Source: Yuukianura sp. NJ FZ-2021
Taxonomy: Eukaryota
Assembly (NCBI GenBank): GCA_046563655.1
Contig: CM102289.1
Span: 6,262,001-6,326,000, forward strand
Direction of reading: 5' to 3'
DNA: 64,000 nt
The position numbers and the translations under genes are program-made. Below, in pieces: positions 37,677-50,755 of this stretch (positions are counted from its first letter, which is position 1; the number at the start of each line of letters is the position of its first letter). The notes below the pieces were generated by a model, which was given only the letters and a program-made list of their open reading frames with translations, was not told the DNA's origin and did not search any database.

Positions 37677-39491
37677 TTACTTGTATTCCACAGTTTTAAT
37701 AACGCGTCCTGTTTCAACGACTTCAACATCTTTGGTTACGCGTTCACCACCAACTATTTCAACCGTTCGAGTATGCGTAGTCGTCGAGTCGCCAGGGATG
37801 ACATGCACTTCCTTCGTCACCGTTGAAGTTGTTGGCGGAACCACGACATACTTGATCGTAATCTTACCCAAACGTCGCACGGTTTCTTCCAAATGAATCA
37901 ACCAAATTTCACGTTGGCGTATAGCTTCAACCTTGTCCGTAGCCTCCAACGACTTAAGCCAAGCTTCTTTTTCCTTCTTTTCCAGCTCCAGTTTCTCAAC
38001 TTGTTCCTTGACAACTTTCTCTTTCAGTTCAATTTCCCGCTCCTTTTTGTCGTATTCCTTAAGTTCAAGTTCAAGTCTAGCTTTGTCAGCTCGCGCCTTG
38101 TCAAGTTCAGCAGCATCGCCGCTTGTTTGAATAATGATAAGAATGCGAGTCAATTCCGATTGAACCCTGTCACGACCACTGATCCATTCTCCACGATCTT
38201 TCAAACTTTGCTCACGCCGTTCAAGCTCCAGCAGTGCAATTCGTTTTTCACGCTCAGCAATTTCGCGCTCTCGCTGTGCCCATTGTAGTTCCAGTTTTTT
38301 GCTTTGTTCAAGTTCGAGTTGGGCAAGACGCGCTTGCAATTCGGCGAGTTGGCGATCTTTCTCGTTAAGATCTTTTTCACGTTTGTCGCGTTCCAAACGT
38401 TCCCGCTCCAAGCGCTCCAGCTCAATTCTTTCTCGCTCGATACGCTCAGCTTCCAGGCGATCATGTTCAATACGATCACGTTCAACGCGCTCTCGCTCAG
38501 TCCTTTCATACTCAATTCGTTCACGTTCAATACGTTCTCTCTCGGCAACTGCTTTGGGATTGGTCAAAGAGTCAAACCATTCAGCATCTGCGCAAACGCT
38601 TGAGCTCCTGAAATGTAGAAACAAGCTAAGTTAGAGCGATATAAGCGCCATGTAGTGTTTACTTATCTAGTAAAATTTTACACTTCTTGGAAGCTCCATT
38701 TCTGTTCAGGTCCCCCAGTACGGGCAGCTACAGACAAATCCTTGTCGTTTCTAAAATTTCAAATTAACAAAATCATGTTTTCAAATCTTTAGAAGAAACG
38801 AATTTGTTTCAAAAAGTTTATTTTTCAAAAGAAAAACTTTTAACCCGTTAAATTGCAGATAACCACCATCTTTGTTTCGGACGTAACAAAGGTAGAAGTT
38901 GGATTCACAAGGCTCCAATGCCCAAAGTTGGTTGTTACATCCACCAAACGGCTTGATAAAAGTAATATAAATTGTATTCAATCTTTTGTTTTTTAAACTT
39001 TTTTTGTAATTCCTGTCTTATGCTTCAAACTTACCCAAATTACAACTTCACCTTTCGTTGTCAGCGAGGCGTCTAAGCTTTTTCGTTCTGAACCCTGCGG
39101 TAAATTTCGTGGAGTGAATGAGTAGTAACCATCACCTAAAAATTTTGCCACACAGTAACACTTTGTTGAATTACTGAATTGCAAGTAAAATTTTATACTG
39201 AAGTTTTTTTTTATTGTTTAGTATGCTTCTGTACCTTCTTTTGTTGCAATCCATTTGGAATTAGTGCCGTTATTGTCATGATTCCAGGAAAGCACATGCG
39301 TTCCTTCGTTCGTATTACCACCCGCAACATTCCATGACTAGAACGGTTGGAGTGGGAAATGTTAAACATTTTGTGAAATGTTGAATAACAATTGATTTTG
39401 AAATCAAATATTACAATTGGTACGCTTTTAATACCTGATTCTTGAGGTAGGACATGACTTTATAAGTTTCTTTATGCACAACGTACGCCAT
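37677..39491 (-). CDS. Ricin-B-like lectin domain fused to a long charged helical/coiled-coil region, ~455 aa, 6 exons
   Basis: Exons 39491-39435, 39337-39235, 39135-39035, 38951-38845, 38750-38682, 38607-37677 are in phase. NSKW/NQLW/EQKW repeats followed by ERERI-type repeats. Confidence 0.82.
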
Positions 39492-40430
39492 CTTTTCAAG
39501 GGTAGATCACTGTTGTGGTGAAGGTGTCGAAAGCCAAGTTACAAAGTAAATGTACCGCTGTTCCAGTTGAGTAATGACTTATTTCCATGCCTTGCATAAT
39601 ATCATTCGTGGTAAACGGTAAGTTACCGCAAATAGATTAATTAAACTTATCTTCAGTACTGTTCTAGAACTTCTTTTCAAGTAATTTTTCAGACATAAAG
39701 TATATTACCGCTTCCTAATTTGATAAATCAATTAATGGCAAATTACAAATTTCATTCTGATGCCCGGAAATTCACTGTGGGGGACCAGAATGAGCAAAAT
39801 TTCAAACATTTGAGACATGTTACTGAAAATGAGGATATAACATAACAAAGGTGCGTCATAAATTGCAACTTACTTTATTAATTTTGAAATCTACTAACTA
39901 CCTATAAGAACAATTTCTTCGTTTCGAAAAATTCTTCGTTTCCAAATACCAAGCACTGCGAAGATACCCCGGTATAGCTTAACGTGGGAAATCTGTGAAC
40001 TTTATATTTTGAGCCCATTTGTGTAACAGCGTAACAAACCTCTCAACTCAAATTTTCACGGGTTTTAAACCCGCCAAATTTCAAACGCAAGACGTTCCAA
40101 TTGACGTTGTTAATAAATATTGTTTTTTATGATGTATTTCACAATAATGACGACTATGTGCGTAACGTATGAAATGTGCATCGAGATTTTTTTTCGAACA
40201 ATTTAATAGGTCAAAGGTTAGGTCAACGGATTCAAGAAGTTTAGACTGAGCCATGAGCTCAATTTACAAGTTAGCGTTGGGATTTTGCAGTGTTGTTTAT
40301 GTGTCAAGGTTAGACAATAATTGAAGCCATTAATCCTTAAGTTTATTAACGATAGGGAGAGGATTTTGTTAGGGGGAAGAACAGGATGAGTCACTGCAGT
40401 GAATTCTTTAAGAGCATCCTTGTATTTCTT

Positions 40431-40453
40431 AGATGAGGTCATTGACCTCATCT
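40431..40453. promoter_or_regulatory. Perfect 23-bp palindrome containing an IR1 ecdysone-response-element consensus
   Basis: AGATGAGGTCA-T-TGACCTCATCT, about 490 bp upstream of the takeout/JHBP ATG. Function untested. Confidence 0.45.
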
Positions 40454-40939
40454 TCAGTGCTAACGGCATCGTCATACCCGTATACTTCTTGTGATTTATA
40501 TTTCATGAAGCATTGGATTGGGTTGTGTTTGATTGAAGTGACAGGAAAATGTATTGATTTCATAAACCTTGATGCATTCTGTATTTTTTGTTATTTAACA
40601 GGATTGTTGTTGATTGTTGAGTGATTGCATCACTGTTGTTGTTATTACGTAAGAAATGGTTAAATTGTCATCCAACAATCATTGAAGGGGTACTTTAGTT
40701 GCCTTCCTTGAACTTCTTCAAACGAATTGAAAAAATACCCAATGCCTTCATGTGTCTGGGCGACGTCAATTTATGAAACGATTAACGTAGGACTGACCGA
40801 GTTAGAACCATTGGCAACCTAACTCAACACGATGTCTTCAGTAAAGTGTACTCCTTCGACAAGACAGGAATATTGGGAAATTTGAGTCCCAATAAAATTA
40901 GCAACCAAATTGTGCAAAATTAGTTCTCGCAATTTCAAA

Positions 40940-42077
40940 ATGGTGTCGAAGTATTTTAGTAACCAAATCCTCTATTTATGTGCAGTTATAACAATTTTCA
41001 CCAAAGTTAAAGGACTTCCAGCTGATACAGATTCCGTTACACCAGGTAAAATTTCAGAAGCGGTATTTTTGAATTTCAAAAAAAAGTTAAGGCGCGCTTG
41101 TTCGAATTTTTGTTTTGCTTCCTTTCAGTTTCTACCAAACTAGAATCTACGACAGAGTATGAATACATCGGACCAATCCGAAAATGTCCGAATGGGTCCG
41201 ATGATGAGCTGAACAAATGTTTTGCGTTGATTCTTATGGATCTGAAACCAAAATTGGCAGCGGGAATTCCCGAAATTCAACTTCCCGCGCTTGATCCACT
41301 GTATTTGGATAAATTGGATTTCAAATCTGGTAGAGGCGCGGTTGTCATCAAAGCAGAATTTACGGATGTCAAAATCAAGGGGCTTTCAAATTTTACAAAA
41401 GCAGCTTTTACGTAAATCCCAGAATTTAAAAGAAGGTGACATTAAATGAATGTTCAAAATTATAAATAAAAATTCTTCCAGGATCAATCGAAACAAGAAA
41501 GTAATGGATTTTGAAATGGTAATTCCTCGTCTCAGGATTGACGGTACTTACAATTTGGGAGGAAACATTTTGGTGTTTCCGATTGGTGGAACTGGACCGT
41601 ACTGGTTTGACATTGGTAATCCTTTACCAGCCAAAATCTAACATTAAATAACATATGATTCGAATTAAATGTATTTGATTTCTTCCAGGACACGTTGACG
41701 TCAGTGGTCAACTGGAACTAAAGTTATTAAAACCCGACGACAAGGCCCACAGTGCTCTTGCCGTACACAAAATTCATTTGGATTTGAAAATTGGCGACAT
41801 CAAAATTGAACTGTTGAATCTCTTCAATGGAAACCAAGTTTTGGGTAACACATTCAGTTTTGAACTTTGGCGCCTTTAAATTATTACTTTCTCTGTGTTT
41901 CTCATGTTTTGAATTCTAATAGGTCCTGTAATCAACAATGTGATTAACGAAAATGGACTCGAGTTGTTCCAAGAAATCAAGCCAGGAGTAGTCAAACAAG
42001 TATCTGGAATTGTTAAATCCATTGCCAATGCTGTACTCGCAAATCTGTCTTTTCTCGGCAAATATATTAGCGATTAA
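40940..42077 (+). CDS. Takeout/juvenile hormone-binding protein family member
   Basis: Signal peptide, C..DDELNKC, GIPEIQLPALDPL, IKGLSNF, IPRLRIDGTYNLGGNILVFPIGGTG, LNLFNGNQVLG, VINENG. Confidence 0.9.
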
Positions 42078-42847
42078 GAAATAAACAAAACTCTTACGAA
42101 ACCTAATCAGTTTTAATATCCAGTAAACCTAACTCTTTTTTAGTAAAACGTTTTTCATCTGTTGAAAATCCGCCGTCAATATTAAAGTTCCAGCGATCAT
42201 TGCTGAATGTGGACTTAAAAGGAAAAGAACTAGTAAAACGGCAGCCTTATCAGCCTTGATAAATCGATTGATGAGTGCTGTTATACAATGAGCTGAGCTC
42301 TTATTAAGTAGTACTAATCGATCACTGTGCAATGCAGTTTCCATACAACATGCACAAATGTAATTGACACGACTGGGCAGTTACTCTGTATATTATAGTT
42401 ATAAGTTACTCTGGAAGCAACTAATTTGAAGGAAAATCATCTTTGATTGAGACTAATTAATTTAACTAACTGAAGAAAATACATTTTTATGGTAGCAGCG
42501 GAGGGTTCACTGTAATTGATTTTGGCAATTATTTGGTAGATCTTTTCTATTGTTCAAACTTTATTTGAGCTTAAAAAATTTAGTGTGGAATTCATTTAAT
42601 TTTTAAATTTTAAAGGCGCCATCTTTTTTGTTATTGTTTGCACCAACAGCTGACACAGAGGAATTTTTTTAAAAGGTAAATTGCTGAGAAAAATTAAGTT
42701 TTTAACTACATTTTAAATTAAACAAACTCGCCGGTTAAATTTGAAACGTTGTTCCGCTGTGATTCATCCATAATCGATTACCCAGATTCTTGTAAAGAGT
42801 CTGGCCCGGAGTCCGGAGAGAGATGTTAAAATGAGAGAGCAAATACT

Positions 42848-44822
42848 ATGACTCTTCTTGAATTGAGTAAGTTAATTTCAGTTATCTTATCTTTAGAAGA
42901 GTAATTAGGTCAATGTGATTTCGTAATTTATTTTTGACTTATTAATTTAGAGCAATTTTTTTATGGAACTCCTTTCGGAAACTCGCGAAGCTCATTTAAT
43001 TGAGATAAAAATCTCAATTAACTCAGTTTTTTACGCTGATTACGAATCTGTAATTAGTTTTGGCCGCTCATAACCCTAACTTAACCTAACCTAACTTTAA
43101 CTAAAATGTGCCCCCATGTATGAGATAGGGAGAAGTGAGATGCCCAGAGCTGTTACCCTGAGAGAAAGTGAAATTCCCTATCTCTCCCATAGAACCTTCG
43201 CGAGTTTGCAGAAGATATACCTTTTTTATACACAGTGATAACATTGTTCCGGTTTGCTTCTGCTCCAGTTTTCATGCTCAGCAGGTTATCAACAAATGTC
43301 TTTGCCGCCGTGTACAGAATGATATTCAGAAGTGACCACAGGTCATCACTACCATCGTCCCAACCACGGAAGGCCTTGTCTTTGACCTCGTTATTAATTG
43401 GCACGCAATCTGGGAATGCCACTTCTGCGGTCGCGGGAGATGGACGTAGTCGTGATATCGAATCAAGCGCTAGCAATGACCATATTTCATCTGAGACAGA
43501 CAACCTTATCGGTGTTATTGTTGACGCCATAGACTCCGGGTCTGCAGTGGTGGCAGCTACAGCTGAGCAACATAATCTAATAGCAGACACGGCAAGGTAA
43601 TTTCATTTGAGTAACGTTGACAACCTAATTCCAGTTTCAAATTACGTGTTTGATTTTTGTCTGACACCCAAACTGTTTGCTATATTTTCAGAGGACCAAA
43701 ACATAGAAAACTAGAGGAACAGGAAGGGACAATGGCTGATAGCTGTAATAATGCCTCCGGTTCTTCCCTTAGCAAGGGCAGTACTTCCCGAACGCGACCG
43801 AACAAAAAGTACTCAAGCAACAGAAACGAATGGAAATCAAGTACGTCTCGACCGGAAACGGGAGGGAAACCAATAAGTACTCCGAGGATGAACCATTTTG
43901 TCGCTTTCAGAGTTTCAGATTCAGAGGTAAGTGGCTTACCATTTGTGACGCTGACAAAAAAAAAGAAATTCAGACATTTTGAAATAATTTCAGGTAATTG
44001 AAAATGTAGCAAACGTTCAGGACCAAATGATGGATACCTCAGTTGAAGTCCAAAAGCGCAAAAGACTAGAAGTATCACCTGGAGAAATATTTAGGGACAG
44101 TGTGATACCGACGACAAAGTTACATTTTACTCTACACGTCATGGAACTTAAGAACGACGACCAAATACAACAGTAATTTAGCTAAAATGGGACTTACCAA
44201 ACTGAAAATCAATGAATCATGTAACATGATTCTTTGACTAAAAATTAGAGCAATAATGGCGGTACAGCGTGCTTGGGAGTCGTGTCAAGAAGATTTTCTG
44301 CGCAATCCAATTAAAGCCCGCATCGAAGGACTTGATCACTTCACTGACACTGTAATACATTCCTCCTCAATACTATTCTCAATTTTTGAATTCTATTTTG
44401 CACATTTGTCTTACATTTTAACAGGTTTTGTTTGCCAAGATGCAAGGAGATGACACAATTGCCAGGATGACAGATTTGGCTAATCGGATACGAGAGGAAT
44501 TTGAACTGCTAGAAATCCCCGGTGAAAGTTGGCCATTTAATCCACACATGACGATCGCTAAAATTCAAAAGTCAAAGACGCTTCGCAATTTGGTAAACAA
44601 TGATGTAACGTTTTTTAACTGCATTGCACCGAAATAGTACGAATCATGACTTATACTGCCACGAATCTTGTGCAGGGAATTCGATCTTATCCGCGTGAAC
44701 TGTGGAAACATTCGGAGTTTGTACATTTTGGATACCAAAGGATGGAAGGAATTCAACTTTTGTCAATGATGGGAAAGGATCCTTCAGGCTACTACCCGGT
44801 CGTCGCTGATTATGAATTATGA
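42848..44822 (+). CDS. AKAP7-like 2H phosphoesterase (2',5'-phosphodiesterase fold)
   Basis: NHFVAFRV, KLHFTLHVM, FNPHMTIAK (two HxT motifs), FG.Q....IQLLSM...D..GYY. Upstream exons 42848-42866 and 43236-43596 splice in frame; start less certain. Confidence 0.82.
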
Positions 44823-45035
44823 ATCATAAATTAAAAAACTAATACTTCGAATAAAAACGAAGGTGAGCCTTATTCAATACTATTTTTACAACACAAGTAC
44901 TTTAATAATTTATTTTATTGAACTGGTTTTTTACATTTTTTTTAATTAATTTTAAATCAATTTCTAGGAACTAGATTTTAGTTATTGTGGAAATATTGTG
45001 GAACGTTGAGCGTTGAAATCGGTAGCACCTTACGA

Positions 45036-45472
45036 TTAGTTGTGGCAGATGCAGGAGTCGCAGTAGGGCAAATAGCACGTACCTGAGATCCAAAAGTAAA
45101 AATTAGTCTTATGAATGTAACATTTTATCATGGCAATTTTATGAAAAATTGGTCTTACAATAAGAATATGGTGGATAGTTGCATCCAAGATGAGAGCAAC
45201 TTCCTGGACACGGGAACCATTGCAGGAGCAGAGCATCCTTTACGACTGCTTGCGAAACAGCATTGTTTGCCACCTTACCATCTTTCCCTCCTAAAAACAC
45301 AATTTCAGCAGAGTTAGCAATTTGGTAAACAACTTTTCAAAATATATTATTCGTGCTGGTTTGAATTTTAAATCTTACCGCTGCTAGTGCTGGTTCCAGC
45401 CATAGGAGTTTTTGCCGCGACGACAGTGAAAAGAAGAGCGACAGCGACGATAATGATTGTTTGCTTGAACAT
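45036..45472 (-). CDS. Secreted 90-aa prepropeptide with an 8-Cys C-terminal domain
   Basis: Exons 45472-45379, 45290-45159, 45082-45036 total 273 nt: MFKQTIIIVAVALLFTVVAAKTPMAGTSTSSGGKDGKVANNAVSQAVVKDALLLQWFPCPGSCSHLGCNYPPYSYCTCYLPYCDSCICHN*. Confidence 0.85.
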
Positions 45473-46298
45473 TTTGAAATTGAGAATTTTCAAAAGATTT
45501 TTCAAAAAAAAATTGTTTTTTTTTAGCCTGTGGAGCTTAGTTGTAATTTCAGGGTTCGTGAAAGTTTGAAAGCTTATTCGAACTGTGAATTTTCAAAAAA
45601 TATTGAGGGGATTTTATAGGTCTCCGGTGTTTACTTAAAACGTTTAATCATTTACTTAGTAATCACAAAAATCGTCAAATGTTTAACAAGAAATGAAGAT
45701 TTCGATGACAATAACACAACGATTCGGAGCTAACACTTGAATTTCGAATTTCCAAACAAGATAACATAGTTGCCGGAAATTTAATTGATTTGATCTAAAT
45801 CATATTCATCGCAATTGTGTTGTGATGATGATACAATTGATCGGAGCATGTCTCATGAAATTTTCATCAGCAGCAATTGAATCATTACGTTTTTTTTTCG
45901 GAATTTTTAACAAAAATATTTCCGACGAATTTTGTTAGTGAGATAAAGTGTTTCACTTTTCGCAGAAGTTTGGAGTTTCAACAAAGTAAAGTCCAATGCC
46001 CTCAAAATCAATCGACCTCGGCGTAATTTACTTCACGAAGTTTTCATAACTCATTAAATTAAATATTTTATAGAAACTAAATTAAAGTTATTCATACTAA
46101 AATAGACATAGTAAAAATTTTGTAGCGCAACTATAATGGAAGTGGCTGCTTAATGAGAGAACACTTCGAGAGAAACTGAAGAAGAAAAAAGAGAGAAAAG
46201 AAAAAAAGAAAAACTGATTTTCTTTTTTCTTTAGTTAATTGTCGTTTTCAACAAGTTTTTGCTTTGTTTGCGTCTTTTTTCAAAAATTTATTTTTGTC

Positions 46299-49200
46299 TC
46301 AGTTTTGTATAATCGAAGCTAAATATCTGTCACGAATTAGACTCAATGAAATTGCTTGTATCGGCGGAAAAGCATTTGTTTGATTTTGAAATGCAGTCAG
46401 AGACAATGAAGCTACTGAAAGGTACTTGCCGTACCGTTTGACCAAAAAACGAATTACTCCCAAATTTCCAAAAAATCGAGCAACCGAATTACTATAAAAT
46501 TTTTTGACTAAATTTTGATCAAGAATTTGAAGTCCATGAAATTCCCATTCCAGCGGCAAAATCGACTCCTTGTATGCCATTTTAATTTCCTTCAATCTCT
46601 TGAGCATGGGTTTGAGTGGATGTGATTTTGGGAGGTGGGAAATGAATTGATCTCGAACACTTCGGTACGAATTTTGCAATTCTAGCATAGTCGAGTCAAA
46701 TAGGTACGTCGTAGCGTCGTCTGGTTTGAGTCGTATACTGCTTACGTTTCCAAATAGGCGGCTCAGAGTATTTTTTGAATTTGTAGTAACGAACCGCCCA
46801 AAATTTTGAAACGGAACAACTGCCGCCGCTAATTTTCCATTGACAAATTCATATATAAATCCAAACGTCAAGTTTCCCACTTTTTCTTTGTCTAATACAA
46901 GAGTTAAGTTTTGTGTACTGAAGGTGTAGCGACGTCCATTTCCAATGACCTCGGAGTTGAGCAAGGTCATTGACCTCAGTGACCTGCAATGTTGAACAGA
47001 GTCACTTAAAATCCTTGGCGTTACTTCAACGTCTTCAAGAACAATTGATTTAAGATCCTTTTGAATTTCGGAATGAATGCCAGCGAAGTTAGTTTTTGTG
47101 TCAGAGTGCGAGTGCTGCAGAAATTCTTGTCCTTTGAAAACGTAATTTTTCGAATTGAAAGCTTCCCGCTCAAACGTTTTTAGACGAATTTTGGTTTGGT
47201 AGTCTTCTAGTGACGTCCAAAAATAACTCCCGCCAGAACATGCGTAATGTGCTTGCCCAAGATCATTTTGTGACGCTTCATTCCATTTCCAACTGGAGGG
47301 TTTGTTTTCTCCTTGTCGAAATAGTCGTAAACCGCGTAAATTCTTTAGTACATTTGTATCTGGAACAACTTTTTCTAAATTTCGAAAATTTGAAAATTTG
47401 CCGCCAGTGACGGGCTCAATAACGACGGATTTTAAGGAAGGAATTTGAAGAAGTAAATCGATATTGACTTTCTGATTGGTTCGAAGCATTAGAGCAGAAA
47501 TGTTCGGAAAAATTTCGTCAAAGGTAATCCAAATTTCAGAATCCAGTGAACAGGAAATGCAGCAAAGCGATTTCAAATTTTGAAATAACGGAAGGTTTTG
47601 GCCGTTCGAAAATGGTAGGAAGTTTCTTCTGTTTGAAATTTGTTCATCCGGAAAAATAATGCGAGAATGATGAGGCTCAATTGCTATTGCTGCTGCAAAT
47701 GTGACGTGAAAACCACGTCCGAGACTTAAGTACTCAAGAGATTTTGGAAAATTTTCCAGTATAAGCTTGTTCGACTCTTGTTTTGGAAATTTTAAATTTT
47801 TCAAAACAAGGTGTTTCAATTTTGGAAATTTCAAAATAGCTGAAGAAACTTCGTAATCTGACGTATTGACGTTGGTCAGATTAACTTTGTCCAAAATGAG
47901 TGACGTCAGCGTTTGCGCCGATGGTGAAATTAAAGAAGTTTGAAGACTTGAACGATGAAGTGCTAAGCGCCGAAGTTTGAATTCACTTTCTCCTGCCTTT
48001 TGCAAGAGTTTATCCGCAAAATGAAGTTGATTCATAAAAATGTCTCCGCGAGTGAAGTTTAGGTGCAGCAGTCTAAAAATGTTCACTTTAAGGTCAATGT
48101 CCGTTTTCATCGACAGTAAATCATCAAACGACCAATCACGGTTGCTGTAGTCCTTGTAGAAGAACAAATACGATTTGACACTTGATTCCGAAAGGTCGCC
48201 AGGAAAAGTTCGAAGGTCATTGACCTCAAAATCTGGCTGAGGAAGATCAAGTTCAAATTGATTCAAAAGTGGTAAAGCCGATTTTTGGCTAATCGGCTGG
48301 TCAAAAACGGCTTGTGTGATGTGAATGGAGTTTAGTGTTTTGGCATACTCGAGAGACGTGAAGAGGTCATCGACCTGGATGTAGACAAACCCAAGGTCAA
48401 GTCGGGTCACTCGATTTTCCCACTCCAAAGGTAGTCCCTGGTATACTTCATACTGAACTTCGTTTCCGTAGAGGAAGTATGGGTATGGAACATTTTGTAC
48501 AAATTCAAATCCAATTTGTCCACTAATTTCTTCCAGAACATCACGAATCCAAAATACAAATGGATAAATTCTTGTAAACACTGCAAAATTTTGACAAATT
48601 CCTTTCCGGGCATCGGAGTCACTTGAACTCACTATACCCTAAAAATCAAAATGAAATCAGTGGTTGGAATCTTCAAAAACGAAACTGGTTTGTGAAATTT
48701 TTGTTTAAAAAGTTATTACATGCACGTAATATTTTTCTTGTACTGGGGACAAAAAGATCATCCCATTGCCAGAGTCTCCATTACACACGGTTTGAAATAC
48801 TTCTCCTGATACCCAAACTCATTTCAAAAATTGTTTTTCAAATTCAAAATTTTGAAATTTGGAGATTTTTTCTACATACCTTGCTTACTGCCAGCACAGA
48901 ACTGAGACTCTGACAGAACGCGATGTAGTGAATTGTAGCACTCTAAACCGGACTTGACATTCAAGTTAATCTGACGAAGTGAGTCAGGGACGGTGCCATT
49001 TTCTGTTAGCCCGAACCCAGTGATCTTCATTTCAAACGTTAATAGAAAATGTTAAGTACTAAGATTTAGCTTACGCTATTAATTTCAAAAAGGTCTTTAC
49101 ACGTCCTCTAACTCCATTCCGAATGACGCCTACATCGGCGCTGTAGTCGTTCGGTAAACAAATCGGTGCGATATAGTCGTTGTACTCAATGGTTCCTGCT

Positions 49201-50230
49201 AACTGAAGCAAAGCAATGTCCGCTTGGTAGCCATTTTTTGGATCGTAGTTTTCCGAAATGTAGTGGCGATGTACCTGCAAAGGAAACATTTTTAAAAAAT
49301 TGTGCAATTAGTTTTATTAAAATAATTTATAATAATAAAATAAGTAATATTTTATCCAGTTTATTTACGGCAAAAATTTGTGACCCAGTAACTGCTGAAT
49401 TTTTGGAGAAAATCGTGCTAACTCCGCCCAGAATCACGCGATACCTCTCAGGCCCTGCTACGATACCTGCACGCCAATCATGTACTTAATAACAACTTTA
49501 CTCGAAAGTTAATTATAATCAAGTAATTGTGATTAAACTTTCATCACAAATAATTATGGAGGTAGGAGTTACAATGTGCGGCTGTTAGCACAACTTGACT
49601 TCTGATTATTGACCCTCCACATAAATATGTCCACTGGTTTTTGTCATTGGATACAAACAGCATAGCGTGCCATGGATTCAGTGATCTGTACGTTGGCACT
49701 CCATTAATGACTAGAGGTTTTACGTTTCCCTCAACGTTGCCACAGTCTATACGAATTAAACATTTTAGGTGCCAGGCAACTAACTGATTTAGCTTCAAAT
49801 TAATTTTTACATAGTTAATTAACTTATTTAATTTACCTTCTTTACATCTGTAGGCCATAAACCTAGCCTTTCCAGTCCACGCTCCATTTGCTCCACATCG
49901 TAGAGCCAATTCCTGATTAACATTTCTCGTTTGAAAGTCAAACGGCGTGTAGAACTTTTTACATTTGTATGCAGCGGTAGTTCCGGGTTCTTGTGCTAAA
50001 CTGCAATCCGTTGAGTTAGTACTGTTGAGCCCTGATCCAGAGCATGCCACTTCAACATTCTAGGATTAATTGAATATATGTTAATGAATTAATTGTAAAT
50101 GACTTAAGTATTGTCTTACAGCATTTGGATTCAATGGATCACACTTGCGGCTTTGCAAAGCTCCAGATCCAAAAGTCAACAAGGTCAAAATGGTAATCAC
50201 TGCCACAAGATTGTGAAAACTGAAAAACAT
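46299..50230 (-). CDS. Signal peptide-Sushi-like-S1A serine protease (ModSP-like) fused to a ~740-aa LRR-like extension
   Basis: 8 exons. CG..PL|VING activation site, LTAAHC, ADIALLQL, CNGDSGNG. The last exon from 48638 (GIVS..VFTRIYPFVFWI) reads on without a stop to 46299, with LxxLxL repeats. Confidence 0.82.
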
Positions 50231-50755
50231 GCTGTTAAAACAATTCAAATTCTCTGGAAACTACATAATACTCAAAAGCGCTAAAAGTTTACGAATTCCT
50301 TTGTTCCAGGTTTTTAATGTATTGTTACATTATTCCCTCTTCTTATTTTTTTTATTTCAAAAGTGATTTATTCAAAATGCAAATCGAAATACTTAACACA
50401 AGCCACACCTCAATATTTGAAGTTCTGGACAACAATTTCAAGGAAACAACTAAAAAGTTCTTTTTTAGGTAGGAGACAAAATTAAGTAATGCAAAAAATT
50501 GACGAAACTGGTTTTGTCTAAATAAGAAAATCAGTAATAAAAGATTCATTTATTTTTCACATATGTTGCAAAATCGGCCGCTAGTGTAATAATATGGCAC
50601 ACAAAGAATCTTACACTACTCAATTACTAATGCATACAACTAACCAAAAAGCTAATTTTTCGTACGATGATGTACAAACTACACACAAGTATTGCCTTTG
50701 TGCAGAATAAAAAAAATTATTCTTTTGTATTCTTCGTTGTCCCCATGGGTTTGAG

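Noticed and set aside
43071..43102. (TTAGG)n telomeric repeat or telomerase template; similar tracts near 19075, 55615 and 63955
   Set aside because: Only a few degenerate units, with no supporting structure or promoter.
43123..43184. Intronic 10-bp inverted repeat GAGATAGGGA/TCCCTATCTC as a miRNA precursor
   Set aside because: The stem is too short and the interior is largely unpaired.
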